From Halocafeteria seosinensis (lineage: Eukaryota): DNA of 64,000 nt. Location: the NCBI GenBank assembly GCA_001687465.1, contig LVLI01000320.1, positions 1 to 64,000 on the forward strand. Reading direction: 5' to 3'. The notes beneath the pieces were generated by a model. The model made no database searches and had not been told where the DNA came from. It saw only the letters and a program-made list of their open reading frames with translations. Position numbers and translations under genes: made by a program. Below, piece by piece: positions 60,260 through 64,000 of this stretch; the stretch's first letter is position 1; each line of letters begins with the position of its first letter.

Positions 60260-62167
60260 TTACTTTTGTACTAATGAACGAAAGCCGCGAGGTGATTTTT
60301 TCCGATTGCTAGACTGATTGTTTGAAACCAGCATTTCTAATGAACTAAGTGTTTTGTTTCTGGGAGTCTGAGTCCTATGATGCTTCCCAGATTTGTTCGG
60401 GGAAGTACCTTCAAAAATAGATACAAGGGAAGACTTATCGCGCTTGTTATTTCCTTCTCTTTTCTTGTTGGAAACTTCATCGTCCTCTTCTTTCAGTCCG
60501 TTCTCGTCGTGTTCTGAGACCCCAATCGTACTGGAAACACTCTTGTCGAACTGGTGACTGGGTGGTATAAGATAATTCAACGGGAAAACCGACTGGAGAA
60601 ACGGGTGAAACAACGCCTCGAAAGGACTCAGTCGTTTGGCGGGATCGAGCGCCAAGCATTCCGCCAAAAAGTGGAGAAAATAGGGATCTCGTCGTCCAAG
60701 ATAGCTACTGAGGGAACTTAATACCTCCATGCGAGACCACTGGTGCCGCACATGGGTCTGTTGGTAATTTTGCGCGATGTTGCTGAAAGCACCGTTCTCC
60801 ACCAAGGATGTCGGTAGCGGGCCAAGCAACGCAGTTATATGCTGCAATGCTTCCTCACGAGTGGTAGCCGGTACGAGCCTTCGACCACTCGCGCACTCTG
60901 CTAAAACGATACCTGTGCTCCAAACATCTATCTTTCCACCAAACCTGACACCACATAGTACTTCTGGAGCTCGATAACCTAAACTCTGGACGTCGAAGTC
61001 GGAACAATAATCTGAAATTTCCTCATACGTGAATGCATTCCCTAAATCCACAAGCGTTGCACGATTCACGTCGGTAGCTGGAGGGATTGGATGCAATGAG
61101 GCTTCAGTGTTCTCCGTATGGATGTCTTCACTGTCGATCATAACATTTCCTGGTTTTATGTCAGCGTGCAAAATCTCGCGGCGATCCAGGTATGTTAATG
61201 CCTGGACGAGATGGAGTGCTATCCGCTTCAGTGATTCGACGGAAGCACTTCGAGTGTATCCAATAGAGTCAATGGGCTCCGATGGATGGACAAGAAACAC
61301 CTCTTCCGCTGTACGACCTAATAACTCGAAGACAATACATATATGTCCAAAGAATTCGAATTTGCCGTAGCACTGGACCACTGCGAAAAGCATTACCAAG
61401 TGTACGGCACAATTCATGAAAACGAAACGGCAATCACGCAGGCTTACGATTTACATGCTTTCCTGCTCCTGTTGCACCCGCTTCTAACAAGCGCCCATGT
61501 TCTTGATTTCCGATGTCAGCAAACTGTACTTTCATCATTTTGATTGCTAACTTTCTACGATTCTTATCGTACATGTCCTCACAACTGTTGAGATACGCAC
61601 GGAAAATTCAAGTTAAAGACCAACGAATAGACATACGCAACACTTACGCAACGAGTTGACAAAATCCTCCATGGCCTAACGGGCTGCAATACCTATATCT
61701 TCCCGCTAGAAGTGGCGTCGGCTGCGTAAACTCTACATCTCCCGCTTCGTTTCGCGGAGGAGGCGACTGATGGTGACCGATATACGGAGGCAATTTATGC
61801 CGAAAACATACGTGCCGAACTAAATTTACCTGCAGGAGCATAATAATGGACACATGCGTACACTGTACTTCAATAGAACTATCCCTGTGAACATCAAAAC
61901 CCACCTGGTTCCACTCTCGGACGGGCGCCGCTTCGTAAGGTATACGGCTACGAGAGGAGTGATCGAGAGTAAATTTGGGTTCATCATGGTCATGATCGTC
62001 TTTCACACTTTGAGAGCTCCTCCTATGACGTGTGTGGCTCCTCTGGGACTGGAGTTTGGACTGTCGTGAACTGACGGAGATAGAGTCCAGAAGAGAAGTC
62101 TTCTCGCCCTCTCTAGTACTTCCAGAATTAATTAACCTGAACGCCATATCGAAATGCTTACCTCCAT
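60260..62167 (-). CDS. CMGC-group (DYRK/HIPK/SRPK-like) protein kinase; start uncertain
   Basis: GRYRYCSPLGHGGF, LAIKMMK, HICIVFELLG, LHADIKPGN, DLGNA, VQSLGYRAPEV, IDVWSTG. Confidence 0.88.
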
Positions 62168-62493
62168 TTGACACAGTCTAAAGAATGTACCAAGCATCAA
62201 GTCGTGGTTTGTATATATCACTGGCTTCCTTGGAGATACTATCCAGTCGAACTTTTGTTTGGCGTCTCACTCCCGGGCCAGACTGAGTGTCTCATTCAGA
62301 ACGTACTACATGCATTGTGTTCGATGCCATCTCGGTATAGTATAGTTTATTTGAGCATGAAAGACTACGGCGAGTGGGCTGTTCTGTGAAACGACGTTGC
62401 TGCGGCAAACAAGCAAAGAGGACACTCAGAGTAGCTGATTGTTGCCTCGGGGAAAGTGGATAAGATACCAGTGCACATATTCATATCAGAAAA

Positions 62494-63036
62494 ATGACAA
62501 GGTCAGTAACACGCCAAGATAGACGGTACAACGACATCAGGAGTGGAGCGAACATTCATCCCCACTGTTTTAGCCGTCTTTAGCGTATGAAATGGTGTTT
62601 CGAGATTGTGCCAACGTCGCTGTATGTGTGGTGTTATTTATTGCAGTATACACGCTAAGAGAGCTACACAGGAGACGAACCAAGAAGAAGATGAGCTCGC
62701 CAAAGGGCCTCTCTCAGTGCTTATGCACAGTGTCAAACACAACTCACAGGTGCTGATCAATTGCCGGAACAATCATAAATTGCTTGCCCGTGTTAAGGCC
62801 TTCGATCGTCATTGCAATATGTACGTCTCTTCCAGTTTGAGTCTTCTTATTTGTGTGGTGCTTGATATAGAGCTTTGCGATAAATATGCAGGGTACTAGA
62901 GAATGTACGTGAAGTATGGACTGAATATCCCAAGGGGAAAGGCAAGAACGCCAAGCCGATAAACAAGGACAGAGTAATAAGCAAGATGTTCCTTCGAGGT
63001 GATTCAGTCATATTAGTGCTTAGAAACCCTAACTAA
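62494..63036 (+). CDS. SNRPD2: Small nuclear ribonucleoprotein Sm D2; first exon tentative
   Basis: [50 protein letters not shown]...[23 protein letters not shown]. Confidence 0.96.
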
Positions 63037-63148
63037 TAGAGAAGTGCCAATATGGAATCTCATAAGCTTAACACGGACATGAGTGGGAGTCTATTGATAG
63101 AATTGCCGTGGGGAACAAGTTAACAATGTAGACAACTTCCTTAAACGA

Positions 63149-64000
63149 TTAGCCTCGCTGCTGCTTCTGCTGCAAAGTTCTCACATACTCCATAAACGCC
63201 GAATCAGCCTCTTTCTGTTGCCGATCAAGATATTTTAATGTATCTTCCGTCACCTTCATCTTCTTCTCGGATTCGGCAACCTCGTTACCAAGCTGTTTCT
63301 GTAGCTCATCTCGGGGAGTCAGCAAGAACGACTTGCCTAGGCTGCGATAAGTCCTGGTGTTTTCCCCCAATTCTTGGATTGCAGATTTCGTCAGTTCGAG
63401 TTGCTTCTTCTGTCGTTCAGTCATTCTCTGTTTATCACGCGTTGAGGCAATCTGGCGTGCAACTTCTTTTACCCTAGCATCCAACTCCGAAAACTCCTTG
63501 TAGTCCTCTTCCCGGATTTGTATCTGTTGCTGTCCTTGTCCTTGGCGATCATTTGCACTCTTTGATTGATTTGATTTCTTCCCTTTCGATGGATCGATTC
63601 TGCGTGTAGATGATTCTACTTCAAATACTGGTAGTCCATAGCGCCTGGCGTTTGTTTGCTTACCTAACAATGGCTTCTTCAATCGCAGCATGTCCAGGTG
63701 TTAGCTCTCTTGCGTCCATATAGTCCCTTAAGGCTTCGTTAAGTCTCCCAAGTTTTTCGAGCGCTGTCGCCCTGCAAGAGCATTTGGACCGAAGGATACT
63801 CGTACAAGCCGAAGATAAGAAGGACGTCATTCAAACGAACCTTCTAAACAGAGCCTTAACATTGTTCTTTGAAAGGGTAAGACACGTCGTACAGTCTTCA
63901 ACGGTACTTTCGTATTCCCCTTTTCTAATAAAGCACTGCGCTCTGTTGCAGAGCAGCAGCCCTCGATCCTTATCATCAGCATGTGTCTCGGCCAAACTGA
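63149..64000 (-). CDS. PFDN1: TPR domain fused to prefoldin beta subunit (PFDN1-like); 5' end outside the window
   Basis: LLLCNRAQCFIRKGEYESTVEDCTTCLTLSKNNVKALFRR|ATALEKLGRLNEALRDY...AIEEAIVR|IDPSK...KEFSELDAR...LELTKSAIQELGENTRTYRSLGKSFLL...YLDRQ; introns 63772-63840 and 63600-63663. Confidence 0.85.

Noticed and set aside
61495..61530. Suspected frameshift in the CMGC kinase
   Set aside because: Re-reading gives an intact frame (FADIGNQEHGRLL).
5134..63036. Apparent cluster of RNA-processing genes (SmF, SmD2, PAN3, CstF-77, TFIIE-beta)
   Set aside because: Scattered among unrelated genes on both strands; expected in a gene-dense genome.
1..64000. Prokaryotic-type systems (CRISPR, operons), introner-like repeated introns, alternative genetic code
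   Set aside because: No repeat-spacer array; the introns examined are mutually dissimilar GT-AG; TAA, TAG and TGA all terminate conserved genes.

Overview
Gene-dense eukaryotic (protist-type) DNA in the standard genetic code, with short GT-AG spliceosomal introns (mostly about 60-110 nt) that split most ORF-track entries. The lineage is not determinable here; a heterotrophic stramenopile/SAR protist is a guess. About 30 genes were reconstructed by hand-splicing. Conserved genes: NAR1/CIAO3, a secreted GH125 mannosidase, SmF, SmD2, TFIIE-beta, PAN3, CstF-77, EXO1, a three-repeat MYB, two NEK kinases, a CMGC kinase, MIC10, a DUF4336 protein, a Niban/FAM129-like PH protein and an EF-hand protein. 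Most notable: (1) a spliced fusion of an Hsp70/Hsp90 clamp-type TPR domain to prefoldin subunit 1 at the right edge; (2) three tandem claudin/amastin-like four-TM genes with five shared intron positions; (3) a DHHC-family acyltransferase with DHWC and no zinc-binding Cys cluster; (4) two adjacent MGC dual-acylation disordered proteins; (5) a large insertion in TFIIE-beta; (6) an orphan paralogue pair; (7) a CaaX-terminated coiled-coil protein; (8) a TGTGACA...TGTCACA-bounded element whose end recurs next to a GC-rich ORF at the left edge. No rRNA, tRNA or CRISPR array was recognised. Family assignments rest on motif recognition only; no database searches were run.
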